Assembly (NCBI GenBank): GCA_051532055.1
Contig: JAOPTX010000004.1
Span: forward strand, 94,930-158,929
DNA from: Fibrobacterales bacterium
GTDB taxonomy: Bacteria > Fibrobacterota > Fibrobacteria > Fibrobacterales > JAOPTW01
DNA length: 64,000 bases
Direction: 5' to 3'
Positions 18,465-28,513 of this stretch are shown here, piece by piece; within the stretch, counting starts at the first letter, position 1, and the number at the start of each line of letters is the position of its first letter. Under the pieces are notes generated by a model, which saw only the letters and a program-made list of their open reading frames with translations, did not search any database and was not told the origin of the DNA. The translations under genes were made by a program, and so were the position numbers.

Positions 18465-18716
18465 TATTGAGTAAGTCTACAGCAGATAAAGGTAGATAAT
18501 CATCGATAAAGAGTAATAAAAGTTAAAAAACTCAATATTTTGATGATAGGTAAGTGGAATACTGTACTTTTAATGGGAGGAGAGTGTGCAGTGTATGGCT
18601 ATGTAAACAAAAATAAACGAACCTTGAAGAGGCAATTTGTTACTTTTAAGCTGATTTGGTTGTGGCACTGGGGAAATGCATTGTTTGCCACAATACTCTT
18701 AATCAAAAGGGACACG

Positions 18717-19106
18717 ATGCGCTTTATTTCCGTTGTAAGTATGTTTTATTTGTTGCTATTTGTCGTTACATTTTCACAAGGCTGTGGGGGGGCGTCGGTT
18801 GAGTCAGAAGATTTGAGTTCTTCATCTGTTGTCGAAGTTAAGCCTGTGACAGTTGAAGAGGTGGACTATTTGGAAGGACTTTTAAATAAAATTCGACTCC
18901 AACTTCAAGATACCTATGTAGATACGACAACGCGATTTCAAACGTATTATTTACTTACGCAGGCGGTTGGCAGCTTGGAAGATTTCAATGAGCGCTTAGT
19001 GTTCGAGCTTGATACTGCTGAAAATGATCTGTACAGGGATACTCTTGAGTTGCGTGTTCTTAAAGTGGATAGTTTACACGAGTTTTATTTCCCGATGATG
19101 CCATAG
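18717..19106 (+). CDS. Small hypothetical lipoprotein
   Basis: Start MRFISV; hydrophobic signal ending SQGC; helical acidic C-terminus. Confidence 0.65.
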   Translation: MRFISVVSMFYLLLFVVTFSQGCGGASVESEDLSSSSVVEVKPVTVEEVDYLEGLLNKIRLQLQDTYVDTTTRFQTYYLLTQAVGSLEDFNERLVFELDTAENDLYRDTLELRVLKVDSLHEFYFPMMP

Positions 19107-19271
19107 AAAACAGTGTATTGAAACTCATTCTCGGTTTATATGTTGGTTAGTTAATATCGGTGCCACTCACCCAAACATGAAGTGTGGTGATGTGTATTGA
19201 GAAATACGCACAATGTCTCGTCATTTGACTTTGTGTATGAACTAGTTGGTATAGTCTAAGATGAGGGGAAC

Positions 19272-19309
19272 AAAAAAAGGGGGCATGCGTAACGCATGCC
19301 CCCTTTTTT
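19272..19309. terminator. Bidirectional intrinsic terminator
   Basis: aaaaaaagggggcatgcg-taa-cgcatgccccctttttt between convergent genes. Confidence 0.9.
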
Positions 19310-19325
19310 GTATTAGAGATACTAA

Positions 19326-20366
19326 CTATTCGTTGATAGTAACGTCAGCGTAAGTGATGCCTTTCATTGTAATTTCTTCAATGTAAATTTCAATATCTTT
19401 TGGTTTTGCAACGCCAGCTTTTGCGTCACAAGAGAATTGAGTAACAGTTGCTAGAAAATCTGCAAGCGGTTCATCTGCAACGTCAGAATAGAGCTCACCA
19501 ATAAGTTCAGTTGTTTTAAATGTGAATTCTTCATAGTCATCACCAAGATCGATGCGACCGTTAAATGTTCCCCATGTTCTTACAGGTTTTTCAGTATTAA
19601 ACCCACAAGTAAGAGTTCCAGTTCCTTTTGCAAGAATGGTGATTTCAGTCAATCCAGAAAGATCTAAAGACATACCATCTGTACCATCACCAATGAGATT
19701 CACACCGATAGTAGCTTGACGGCCTTCTTCAGCTTCAATTTTACCAGAGGCATGAAGGAAGGCGTGAAGTGCACCCTCTTCAATAAGTGAAGAAAATACT
19801 GTGTCGATGATTTCACCTTCAGAATCTTGTATAGTACTTATTTCATCGTCTGCTGCTGGTGTTTCTTCGTCAGCATATACAAACCAGTATCCGCCAGTTG
19901 TAAGAGTGGTGAGGCCACCTTCTTTGCCAACTTTTTTTGCGAATACTAATTGACCAGTAGTTGTTTCGAAATCTTCGAATATAATCCCGTCTGTAGTATT
20001 GGTTTCTTCTTTTGAAGAAGATGAAACTACTACGTCTTCTTTCTCAGATGATGATGAATCAGGTTCATCATCTTTTTCAGATGATGATTCTTTGTCATCT
20101 TCTTTTGTTGTAGAAGAATCTTCGTCTTTTGTTGTAGAAGAATCTTCGTCTTTTTTTGCATCAGAAGAATCTTCATCTTTTTTGTCTTCAGCTTTTGCTT
20201 CAGAAGAATCATCTTCTTCTGTTGAAGAAGCGTCTGCTACTGATTCGGTCATTGAAGACTCTTGTTGTGATGACTCACTACTTTCTGGAGCTGTTGTCTC
20301 TTCGCCAAGGCATCCAACAAAAAAAGTTAGGCCAAGGAGTATGAGAGTAGACTTGAATAATTTCAT
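19326..20366 (-). CDS. Lipoprotein with acidic/Ser linker and CBM11/CIA30-like beta-sandwich domain
   Basis: Start MKLFKS; lipobox FVGC; FEDFE, GGYWFVYAD, IGVNL, DLSGLTEITILAKG. Confidence 0.75.
   Translation of the reverse strand: MKLFKSTLILLGLTFFVGCLGEETTAPESSESSQQESSMTESVADASSTEEDDSSEAKAEDKKDEDSSDAKKDEDSSTTKDEDSSTTKEDDKESSSEKDDEPDSSSSEKEDVVVSSSSKEETNTTDGIIFEDFETTTGQLVFAKKVGKEGGLTTLTTGGYWFVYADEETPAADDEISTIQDSEGEIIDTVFSSLIEEGALHAFLHASGKIEAEEGRQATIGVNLIGDGTDGMSLDLSGLTEITILAKGTGTLTCGFNTEKPVRTWGTFNGRIDLGDDYEEFTFKTTELIGELYSDVADEPLADFLATVTQFSCDAKAGVAKPKDIEIYIEEITMKGITYADVTINE
20101..20148. repeat. Exact 24-bp tandem duplication in the linker coding region
   Basis: tcttttgttgtagaagaatcttcg x2 (encodes the DEDSSTTK repeat), followed by a degenerate third copy. 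Confidence 0.9.
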
Positions 20367-20551
20367 GGTTGCTTCCTGTTGATTTATTGTCAACACAATA
20401 TACCTATAACTTTAATGACTTCAAAGTTAAATTTTGGGTTACAGTGGTATTTATGAGGTTATTTCTGGACATGGTTGTCCGTGACAGGAATTGCCTGACT
20501 GATGTATTTTACTTAATATAGCTTAATATATGTCTACGTATATTTTTTAAA

Positions 20552-20576
20552 AAAGACCTACTATGAGTAGGTCTTT
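20552..20576 (-). terminator. Intrinsic terminator
   Basis: aaagacctact-atg-agtaggtcttt with A-run, downstream of the 20608 stop. Confidence 0.75.
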
Positions 20577-20607
20577 GTCTTTTTGATCTATATATTGGTG
20601 ATTTTGG

Positions 20608-21615
20608 TTATTTCCAGCTGATATCAGAGTATTTGAGACCGGCGAATTCGATTGAATCAATGATGAGTTCAGCGTCTTTTGCTTCATCTCCGCCCGGAAG
20701 GGAGCACGCGAATTTAGTCATTGTATCCATATAATCTCTTATGTCTTCATCTGCAAGTTCTGAGTACTGAGAGCCCAAGAAGCTCATAATGCTATACGTT
20801 TCTTCTTTGAATTCATCGGTGAGGTCGAGTATTATTTCAAATGCTCCCCAGCCTTCTGGTTGTCCTGAAGTAGCAAATGAGCAGTTGACTGATCCAGTGC
20901 CTTTGGCGGTGATGATAACATCGGTGAGGCCGGTCATATCAATTGGTTCACCTTCTTCTCTGAGGTTGACGCCCACAGCCGCAAAACGTCCATCGTCATC
21001 AGAAATTTTTGCAGAGGTGTGGAGGAGTACGTGAAGTGCACCGTCTTTCAATAAAGTTGGGAAATTTGTCTCATCAACTATTTCTCCATCAGAGTTGTGT
21101 ACATAGCTCATTTCGTCTTCGTCTTCTTCTTCATCATAGAATACGTACCAGTATCCGCCGGCATCTAATGTTGAAACTCCATATTGTTTAGCTACTGTCG
21201 GTGCGAGCACGTTTTGTGCAATGGCGCCTTCGAAATCATCGAGGATTGCGGCATCATCATTAGGTGTGAAGGTTTCTTCTTCACTTGAAGATACTGTTTC
21301 CTCTTCAGATGAAGATGCGTCGTCTGATGAGACTTCAGTTGATGAAACGGATGAGGTGGTTTCTTCACTGCTTGAATCTGGGTCTTCCTCATCGCTGCTC
21401 ATGGTGTCTTGGCTTGAATTATCAGGGGTTTCTGAAGAAGAATCTTGAGGTTCTTCCGAAGAGTTATCCTCAGTGGATGATGCTGCATCAGAGTTACCTT
21501 GAGATGAGCTTTCTTGGTCTTTGTTGCTTGAGTTTTCTGAAATTGGGTCTTCACCGAGGCATCCTACGAAGAGCATGAACGATAAAAGACTCATAAGTGA
21601 TATGAGTTTTTTCAT
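20608..21615 (-). CDS. Lipoprotein with Ser linker and CBM11/CIA30-like domain (paralog of 19326..20366)
   Basis: Lipobox FVGC-LGE shared with neighbour; LDDFE, GGYWYVFYD, GALHVLLHTSAKI, DMTGLTDVIITAKGTG. Confidence 0.75.
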   Translation of the reverse strand: MKKLISLMSLLSFMLFVGCLGEDPISENSSNKDQESSSQGNSDAASSTEDNSSEEPQDSSSETPDNSSQDTMSSDEEDPDSSSEETTSSVSSTEVSSDDASSSEEETVSSSEEETFTPNDDAAILDDFEGAIAQNVLAPTVAKQYGVSTLDAGGYWYVFYDEEEDEDEMSYVHNSDGEIVDETNFPTLLKDGALHVLLHTSAKISDDDGRFAAVGVNLREEGEPIDMTGLTDVIITAKGTGSVNCSFATSGQPEGWGAFEIILDLTDEFKEETYSIMSFLGSQYSELADEDIRDYMDTMTKFACSLPGGDEAKDAELIIDSIEFAGLKYSDISWK

Positions 21616-22172
21616 GGTTTGTTTCCTATTTGTGTGTATGTAATGTGTAGGGTTAATATACCTATTGAGTAAAGTGAATTAAAGTAAAGATTTTGAGTAG
21701 TGGCGGGAAGGTTGTAGGAAGGAGTTGCTTTGTCAGGTGCTTTTGAGGTGGGGAGATTTCGAAATGGCTTGAGATTGCTGTTTTCAAGTAAAATGAAGCT
21801 ATTACTGTATGGTGACAGTTGAGATTGATGGCTTTTATTCTTTATTTTTGTTGAATATCTACTCATTGAAAAAATTCTTACTTAAAGTAAGTGGTCCTTT
21901 TGTATAGTCGAATTTGATAGATTTTTATAGGTGGATTTTATTTCTAGAGAATTGTCAAGGAAAGCGACTCATTAGTGTAAGCTCATTTATGGGTCTAATA
22001 TTTATAACTGCCATTAAGCATTATAAATTAAGTACGAAGGGGAAGGTTTGAGATGTATCAGAGAAATAAGTTGCCCGCACTTTGGGTATATATGCTCCGA
22101 TTGACGAACCATGGAAGATGTGATCAGCCATGACCAGTGATCTAGATGGAGGCTTGTCAGAAATTACATTTG

Positions 22173-22216
22173 ATTTTCCTAAACCCTACAGGAGAGCCTG
22201 TAGGGTTTAGGAAAAT
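22173..22216. terminator. 20-bp perfect hairpin immediately after sufS
   Basis: attttcctaaaccctacagg-agag-cctgtagggtttaggaaaat. Confidence 0.7.
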
Positions 22217-22221
22217 AAGTA

Positions 22222-23454
22222 TTAGCTAAAAAGGAAATTAACTCGTTCAATAGCTTTCACAAATACATCAATCTCTTCTGTAGTGTTATAAAATGAGAAT
22301 GACGCTCTATTTGTAGCGGGCACTCCGAAGCGATCCATAACGGGTTGGGCACAGTGGTGCCCTGCACGGATACAGATGGCCTCTTCATCAAATATCATAG
22401 CGGCATCATGGGGATGCGCGGACTTCAAGATAAATGATATAAGAGATGCTTTCTCTTTTGCAGTTCCGATAATTCTGAGTCCCTCAATTTGAGAGAGTTT
22501 TTCAGTTGCGTATTCGAGGAGTTCATGCTCATAGGCTGCAATAGCATCAAGACCAATTTCTTGGAGGTATTCAATAGCTTTTCCAAGTCCCAATACTTCT
22601 GCAACAGCAGGGGTCCCCGCTTCAAACCGGTGTGGGGGAGTGGTGTAGGTGCTTTTTTCAAAAGTAACGGTATCTATCATTTCGCCCCCACCTTGATAGG
22701 GGGGCATTGCTGCGAGGAGTTCATATTTGCCGTACAGTATGCCAATTCCCGTAGGGCCATACATTTTGTGACCTGAAAAAGAGAAAAAGTCACAATCAAG
22801 GGCTTGTACGTCAATTGCTTCATGAGCAATACTTTGAGCACCATCAATAGAAACGATAGCACCTACTTCATGAGCAAGATCGATAATTTCTTTAATAGGA
22901 TTAATGGTACCGGTTGAATTTGCTATGTGGGTAACGGAGACTATTTTTGTTTTGGGGCTGAGGAGTTTTTTATACTCATCCATAATGAGTTCAGCATCAT
23001 CATTACAAGGGATGATTTTTAGAATAGCACCCTTGTCCTGTGCTATGAGTTGCCAAGGGACAATATTCGCGTGGTGTTCAAGGGCGGAAATGATAATCTC
23101 ATCACCCTCGTTAAGGTTTGCCTTTCCCCAAGATGCTGCAATGAGATTGAGTGACTCAGTGGTGCCCCGAGTGTATACAATCTCTTCAGGACGGTATGCA
23201 TTGATAAAGTCTGCAACTTTTTTTCGTGTCTGTTCAAAACCTTGAGTCGTGTTCTCACTTAAGCGATATACGCCACGACCAACGCTAGAATAGTTATTGG
23301 ACCAGAAGTCAGTTAGGCAATCAATGACTGACTGAGGTTTCTGAGTCGTAGCAGTGTTGTCGAGAAAGACCAGTGGCTTATCGCCATAGGTCTTTTTAAG
23401 AATGGGGAAATCATTGCGAATTTTTTCTACATCGAGAGTCATAACCATGTGCAA
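22222..23454 (-). CDS. sufS: Cysteine desulfurase SufS
   Basis: LDNTATTQKP, EHHANIVPWQ, FSGHKMYGPTG, RFEAGTP, RAGHHCAQP. Confidence 0.96.
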   Translation of the reverse strand: MHMVMTLDVEKIRNDFPILKKTYGDKPLVFLDNTATTQKPQSVIDCLTDFWSNNYSSVGRGVYRLSENTTQGFEQTRKKVADFINAYRPEEIVYTRGTTESLNLIAASWGKANLNEGDEIIISALEHHANIVPWQLIAQDKGAILKIIPCNDDAELIMDEYKKLLSPKTKIVSVTHIANSTGTINPIKEIIDLAHEVGAIVSIDGAQSIAHEAIDVQALDCDFFSFSGHKMYGPTGIGILYGKYELLAAMPPYQGGGEMIDTVTFEKSTYTTPPHRFEAGTPAVAEVLGLGKAIEYLQEIGLDAIAAYEHELLEYATEKLSQIEGLRIIGTAKEKASLISFILKSAHPHDAAMIFDEEAICIRAGHHCAQPVMDRFGVPATNRASFSFYNTTEEIDVFVKAIERVNFLFS

Positions 23455-23459
23455 CCTGT

Positions 23460-24671
23460 TTAGTGTTGAAGTCGGGTTTCGAGTTTTACTTTCATCTGTT
23501 CTATGTAGTCAGATGAAAACACCTTTTTCATTTCTCCAAGGTAAAATGAGTGTGTCAGAACTTCACGTGCTTGTTCTTCGCTAATACCTCGTGAAGTGAG
23601 GTAGAAAATATCTTCTTCCTCGAGAGAACCACAAGTTGAGCCGTGAGTACAGGATACATCATCTGCGAAAATTTTGAGATTTGGTTTTGTTGAAGCGCGT
23701 GCATCATCAGAAAGCAGCAGAGTCTTAATAAGCTGATCTGAATCAGTTTGTTGTGCACCTTTATCTACGTTAACTGTTCCATCTATTGAACAACGAGCTC
23801 TATCCATTAACACATTGTAGAATCTCTGAGTTGAGTTACAATGAGGGGCATGGTGATGAATGTTTAAGTAGTTATGTGTTTGAAGGTCATTATTCAAAAC
23901 AGAGATGGCACTGATCTCGGTGTCAGCATCTTCACCATCAAGGTGGGCTTCAATGTTGTTGCGCAACATAGCAGAACCAAAATCATTCGAGAATGTTTTA
24001 AAATGTGATTTTGCTGCCTGACGAATATTTAATTTACAGAAATCAAAGGTGTTCTCTTGGCCTTCATGAAAGCGTGCTGCTTCAATAGCGGCTCCTTCAC
24101 CGATTTCAAAATCTATAATCGTATTTGAACTTAAGCAGGTGCTATTCTTAATCTTAATAATGAAGTTAGCAACCGACCCTTCTTCACATTTTATAATGAG
24201 TCGATTAAAAAATACTGCGTTATTTGAACCATCTTGGTTTACGGAATTAATATTGAGGATAATTGGTTTGTCAACCAATGTATCTTTTGGAATATTAAAG
24301 CAGAGTATATTTTGAGAAAATCCATAATTCATTAGAGCAAAAGGGTCAGTTTCATCTATAAGATTGGATGCGAGAATATTAAGGTACTCTCCCTCTGAGT
24401 CATGTAAATTAATAGCACTTACTGAATCAGGAATTTTTGATTCAGTAAGTATCGCATTGTCACAAATTGCAGTGAATGAGCTTGTATTTATTTTTTTGGT
24501 ATCGATGTAGGTAAAAGACTCATGTTTTTTACCGGGAAGACCAATTTCAGCAAAACGACTCATTGCAGAATCACTGATTTCTTTATGTTTTGAAAGACCA
24601 ATATTTGTCCAGAGTTGTTCTTGTATATCGAGAATTTCTTGGACTGCTGGTGAAATTTCTGTTGTTGTCAT
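23460..24671 (-). CDS. sufD: Fe-S cluster assembly protein SufD
   Basis: AQQTDSDQ...LLLSDDA...KPNLKIFADDVSCTHGST; position in suf operon. Confidence 0.92.
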   Translation of the reverse strand: MTTTEISPAVQEILDIQEQLWTNIGLSKHKEISDSAMSRFAEIGLPGKKHESFTYIDTKKINTSSFTAICDNAILTESKIPDSVSAINLHDSEGEYLNILASNLIDETDPFALMNYGFSQNILCFNIPKDTLVDKPIILNINSVNQDGSNNAVFFNRLIIKCEEGSVANFIIKIKNSTCLSSNTIIDFEIGEGAAIEAARFHEGQENTFDFCKLNIRQAAKSHFKTFSNDFGSAMLRNNIEAHLDGEDADTEISAISVLNNDLQTHNYLNIHHHAPHCNSTQRFYNVLMDRARCSIDGTVNVDKGAQQTDSDQLIKTLLLSDDARASTKPNLKIFADDVSCTHGSTCGSLEEEDIFYLTSRGISEEQAREVLTHSFYLGEMKKVFSSDYIEQMKVKLETRLQH

Positions 24672-24680
24672 AATGATATC

Positions 24681-25424
24681 CTATTTTACCAACCAGTCGT
24701 AACCTTGTTTTTCGAGTTCTAAGGCAAGCTCAGGGCCGCCAGATTTGATAATGGCACCTTCACTTTGCACGTGAACAAAGTCGGGCTTGACGTAATCAAG
24801 AAGGCGCTGATAGTGAGTTATGAGAAGGACGCCACGATTTTCATTCATTGCTGCATTGATACCATTGGCAACAATACGAAGGGCGTCGATATCAAGACCA
24901 GAATCAGTTTCATCGAGAATAGCGTATTTTGGTTGAAGAATAGCGAGTTGAAGAATTTCATTTCTCTTTTTCTCACCGCCTGAAAACCCATCATTAAGAC
25001 CGCGTTCACGATATTTATCTGTCATTTCGAGAACGTCCATCTCTTTTTTGAGAAGTGTCTCAAAATCTTCATCACTGATGGCGTCTTTACCCTCGTATGA
25101 ACGCTTTGCATTAAGTGCCATTTTTAAGAAGTCTGCATTATTCACGCCTGGTACTTCAACAGGGTATTGAAACCCCATAAAAACACCTTTATTTGCTCTA
25201 TCCGCTACATCATTTTCAAGAATACTTTCACCATCAATAGTGATGTCGCCAGCTGTTACTTCATAGGCGTGGTGGCCAGCAACAACTTTTGAAAGAGTAC
25301 TTTTCCCAGAGCCATTAGGCCCCATAATTGCATGTATTTCACCGGGTTTAATGGTAAGAGAGATCCCTTTTAAAATTTCTTGGCCTTCAACTACAGAGCA
25401 GTGTATGTCTTTTATCTCTAACAT
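24681..25424 (-). CDS. sufC: Fe-S cluster assembly ATPase SufC
   Basis: GPNGSGKST, FQYPVEVPGV, FSGGEKKRNEILQ, LDETDSGLDIDAL, THYQRLL. Confidence 0.97.
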   Translation of the reverse strand: MLEIKDIHCSVVEGQEILKGISLTIKPGEIHAIMGPNGSGKSTLSKVVAGHHAYEVTAGDITIDGESILENDVADRANKGVFMGFQYPVEVPGVNNADFLKMALNAKRSYEGKDAISDEDFETLLKKEMDVLEMTDKYRERGLNDGFSGGEKKRNEILQLAILQPKYAILDETDSGLDIDALRIVANGINAAMNENRGVLLITHYQRLLDYVKPDFVHVQSEGAIIKSGGPELALELEKQGYDWLVK

Positions 25425-25436
25425 TATTTAATCCTT

Positions 25437-26870
25437 TTATCCGACACTCTTTTCGAGTTTAAGAGTGAGAAGTTCTGTCGCCTCAGCTGCAAATTCAGCA
25501 GGAAGCTCTCTAAATACATCTTTACAAAATCCGTTAATTACAGTAGATATCGCATCTTCTCGAGAGATACCCCGTTGCTCAAAATAGAAGAGTTGGTCTT
25601 CACTTATTTTTGACGTACTCGCCTCATGTTCGGTCGTTGCTTTAGAATTACCAACTGATACATAGGGGAATGTGTGAGCACTACAGGTTTCACCAACAAG
25701 CATACTATCACACTGGGTGTAGTTTCGAGCGCCAGTAGCGCTTTTTGAAATATTGACGAGGCCACGGTAGGCATTTGAAGAGTTGTCTGCTGAAATACCT
25801 TTTGAGATGATTGTTGATTTGGTGTTTTTACCAATGTGCATCATTTTAGATCCGGTATCTGCTTGCATATATCCATTGGTTAGGGCTACTGAATAGAATT
25901 CGCCAATAGAATTGTCACCTTTTAAAATACAACTCGGGTATTTCCATGTGATGGCTGAGCCAGTCTCAACTTGAGTCCATGAAATTTTTGCATTGTCTCC
26001 AGCGCAAATTCCACGTTTGGTCACAAGGTTAAGTACGCCACCTTTGCCGGTCTCTTTGTCGCCTGCATACCAGTTTTGAACAGTACTGTATTTAATTTCA
26101 GCCCCTTCTAATGCAACGAGTTCAACAACTGCAGCATGAAGCTGATTGGTGCTAAATTCCGGTGCTGTACAACCTTCGAGGTAGGAGACATAGCTATTTT
26201 CGGCAGCTACAATAAGTGTTCTTTCAAATTGTCCCGCTTCTTCATTATTAATTCTGAAGTATGTAGAAAGGTCCATTGGGCTTCTCACTCCAGGAGGAAT
26301 AAATACAAAGGAACCATCGGTAAAAACTGCACTATTGAGGCACGCAAAATAGTTATCACCTACAGGAACAACACTAGCAAGGTGTTCTTGGATTAGCTCA
26401 GGATAATCGTGAACCGCTTCAGAAAATGAGCAGAAGATAACCCCATGTTCGAGTAACTTTTTTTTGTGGGTCGTTGCTATTGATACAGAGTCAAATACTG
26501 CATCTACTGCAACGTTTGCCAGGCGCTTTTGCTCATCAAGTGGGATACCTAATTTTGCAAAGGTTTCAAGGAGTTCAGGATCTACATCATCAATGCTATC
26601 AAGTTCTTGTTTTTTCTTTGGAGCAGAGTAGTAGACAATATCTTGGAGGTCTATTGGAGGAACATTTAGTTTAGCCCAATTAGGTTCTTCCATTGTCTGT
26701 AATTTAGCATATGCTTTGAGTCTAAAATCGAGAAGAAATTGAGGTTCATTTCGTTTTTCAGATGACCGACGGATTACATCCTCGCTCAGGCCTTTGGCAA
26801 ATGATTCCATTTCGATATCAGTGACAAAGCCATGCTTATATTCAGTATTCATTGGTGTCGCTTCAGTCAT
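25437..26870 (-). CDS. sufB: Fe-S cluster assembly protein SufB
   Basis: [50 protein letters not shown]. Confidence 0.97.
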   Translation of the reverse strand: MTEATPMNTEYKHGFVTDIEMESFAKGLSEDVIRRSSEKRNEPQFLLDFRLKAYAKLQTMEEPNWAKLNVPPIDLQDIVYYSAPKKKQELDSIDDVDPELLETFAKLGIPLDEQKRLANVAVDAVFDSVSIATTHKKKLLEHGVIFCSFSEAVHDYPELIQEHLASVVPVGDNYFACLNSAVFTDGSFVFIPPGVRSPMDLSTYFRINNEEAGQFERTLIVAAENSYVSYLEGCTAPEFSTNQLHAAVVELVALEGAEIKYSTVQNWYAGDKETGKGGVLNLVTKRGICAGDNAKISWTQVETGSAITWKYPSCILKGDNSIGEFYSVALTNGYMQADTGSKMMHIGKNTKSTIISKGISADNSSNAYRGLVNISKSATGARNYTQCDSMLVGETCSAHTFPYVSVGNSKATTEHEASTSKISEDQLFYFEQRGISREDAISTVINGFCKDVFRELPAEFAAEATELLTLKLEKSVG

Positions 26871-26871
26871 A

Positions 26872-27627
26872 TTACATCATTCCATCAAAAAGGCCTTGTG
26901 GTTCCACTCTGAGGCCGTGAAATACGTGGCGTTTAACTTGATCTTCCATAAAAAAGAGTGTACCACCACTTGCGGCACCACATGAGCCGCATGCACCTTC
27001 GTATTCAACAAGTACCTTGACATCGTTCTCGATATCGAGAATCTTAACATCACCACCATCCATCTGGAGGCCGGCACGAACATGCTCATCGAGACATTTA
27101 TCGATACGGGTAATCTTTTCCTCTTTAGAAAGTGCAACCCACTCTTGGTCTGCCTCAGTTTTTACTGCAAACGCAGTTTTTCCGTTTGCATTTACATGAA
27201 CTTTACGAATCTCGTGTCTGTTCTTGGCATCCTCTTTTCTTCCAGGATACTCAGCAGCAATTATATTTTTAATGGGTTGAATGAGGCCCAGCTCAGGGGA
27301 TCCATCAATGAGAGCCGGGGCACCGGGATCATCTCTCAGAAGAGCTTCGATCTCTTGTGGAGTGATATGAGTAGCTTCTTCAATCGAAAGGTTTTCTAAT
27401 AAATGGCAAAAAACATCTGCAATAGCAGTGTAGGATGGGCCTCCATAGGTGAAAAACTTTGATTCAAGTATTTTGTCAGTTTCAGGGTCTACGCTTAAGT
27501 AAACTTTGAGACTCGACTCTTTTGCTTCGACTAAAATTAGCCCTTTTTCATCGGCTTCAACCTGAAATATTGCACCTCGGTGCATGGGAGTCTTACTCCG
27601 TTCTACAATTCTTTGTGAAAAATCCAT
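26872..27627 (-). CDS. NifU-like protein: degenerate IscU/NifU_N-like domain fused to an Nfu CxxC domain
   Basis: C-terminal [12 protein letters not shown]...YEGACGSC; N-terminal LKVYLSVD...[10 protein letters not shown] resembles NifU_N. Confidence 0.8.
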   Translation of the reverse strand: MDFSQRIVERSKTPMHRGAIFQVEADEKGLILVEAKESSLKVYLSVDPETDKILESKFFTYGGPSYTAIADVFCHLLENLSIEEATHITPQEIEALLRDDPGAPALIDGSPELGLIQPIKNIIAAEYPGRKEDAKNRHEIRKVHVNANGKTAFAVKTEADQEWVALSKEEKITRIDKCLDEHVRAGLQMDGGDVKILDIENDVKVLVEYEGACGSCGAASGGTLFFMEDQVKRHVFHGLRVEPQGLFDGMM

Positions 27628-27666
27628 AAAATCCGCATTATCTGATAGTGTTTCTTATAATATAGT

Positions 27667-27693
27667 TAATGTCTACCCTATTTGTAGACATTA
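27667..27693. promoter_or_regulatory. 10-7-10 inverted repeat, candidate operator of the nfu-suf operon
   Basis: taatgtctac-cctattt-gtagacatta, 40 bp upstream of the first start codon, no U-tract. Confidence 0.55.
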
Positions 27694-27783
27694 GGATGAT
27701 AAATAATTTGATTTGCTACTATGATTACAGAAATGGAAAAATTTGGTTAAAAACGTAGAAAACAGCCACCTGTAGGTAGGGCG

Positions 27784-28335
27784 CTATCCCACTAAAAAGC
27801 TATGGGCAACCTCATCTCGTTTATCGGGACCTGCTAGGATTTCAGTCAGTTTAAGGCCAAGTTCGATAGCAGTGCCTGGACCTTGTGAAGTAATTAGATT
27901 ATCAGATACCACTACCCGTTCATTGACCCATTTTTTCACGTGAGGGATCAGTTCATTTTTATATGTAGGAAATGAAGTGATCACTTTGTCTTTTGCGAGT
28001 TGATTAGTGATTAGGGCAAGGGGACTGGCACAGATAATTGCAAGGAGTCGACCTGCATCCATTTGCTCAGTTATTTTGTCTTGTATCATGCGGTTGTCTT
28101 GCATGGTAGCGGCTTGACCGGCACCTCCAGGGAGATATATGAGATCGTATGTGTTATTTATTACTTTGCTAAAGATGACTTCAGCCCCCACAGGAAGGCC
28201 TCTACTGCCTTTAAAAATGAGTGCCTCAACTCCGGCAATTGTTACATCAATATCAGCCCTAACAAGGATGTCTGCTACTGCATAGAGTTCAGTCTCTTCT
28301 GCGCCATCTGAAACAATTATGAGTGCTTTTGCCAT
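27784..28335 (-). CDS. DJ-1/PfpI (YajL/ThiJ) family protein
   Basis: DGAEETE, LPGG, AIICASP nucleophile Cys, ITSQGPGTA. Confidence 0.92.
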   Translation of the reverse strand: MAKALIIVSDGAEETELYAVADILVRADIDVTIAGVEALIFKGSRGLPVGAEVIFSKVINNTYDLIYLPGGAGQAATMQDNRMIQDKITEQMDAGRLLAIICASPLALITNQLAKDKVITSFPTYKNELIPHVKKWVNERVVVSDNLITSQGPGTAIELGLKLTEILAGPDKRDEVAHSFLVG

Positions 28336-28453
28336 TGGGTAACTCCTTATATTAGTTCATTACTATTATAACAACAAATTACAGAGCTGAAAATGGAGAA
28401 AATGATAAATTACAGAGATATACTTTTTGTCATGGCATTTTAGTTAGGGGTAC

Positions 28454-28485
28454 AAAAAAAGGCTGAGCATTGCGCCCAGCCTTTT
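28454..28485 (-). terminator. Intrinsic terminator of fusA
   Basis: aaaaaaaggctg...cagcctttt downstream of the fusA stop. Confidence 0.75.
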
Positions 28486-28513
28486 CATAACATTCACCGT
28501 TACGATAAAAGTA

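Noticed and set aside
21612..21866. 84-aa ORF upstream of the CBM-like lipoprotein
   Set aside because: No recognisable motif or RBS and it covers the likely promoter region; cannot be supported
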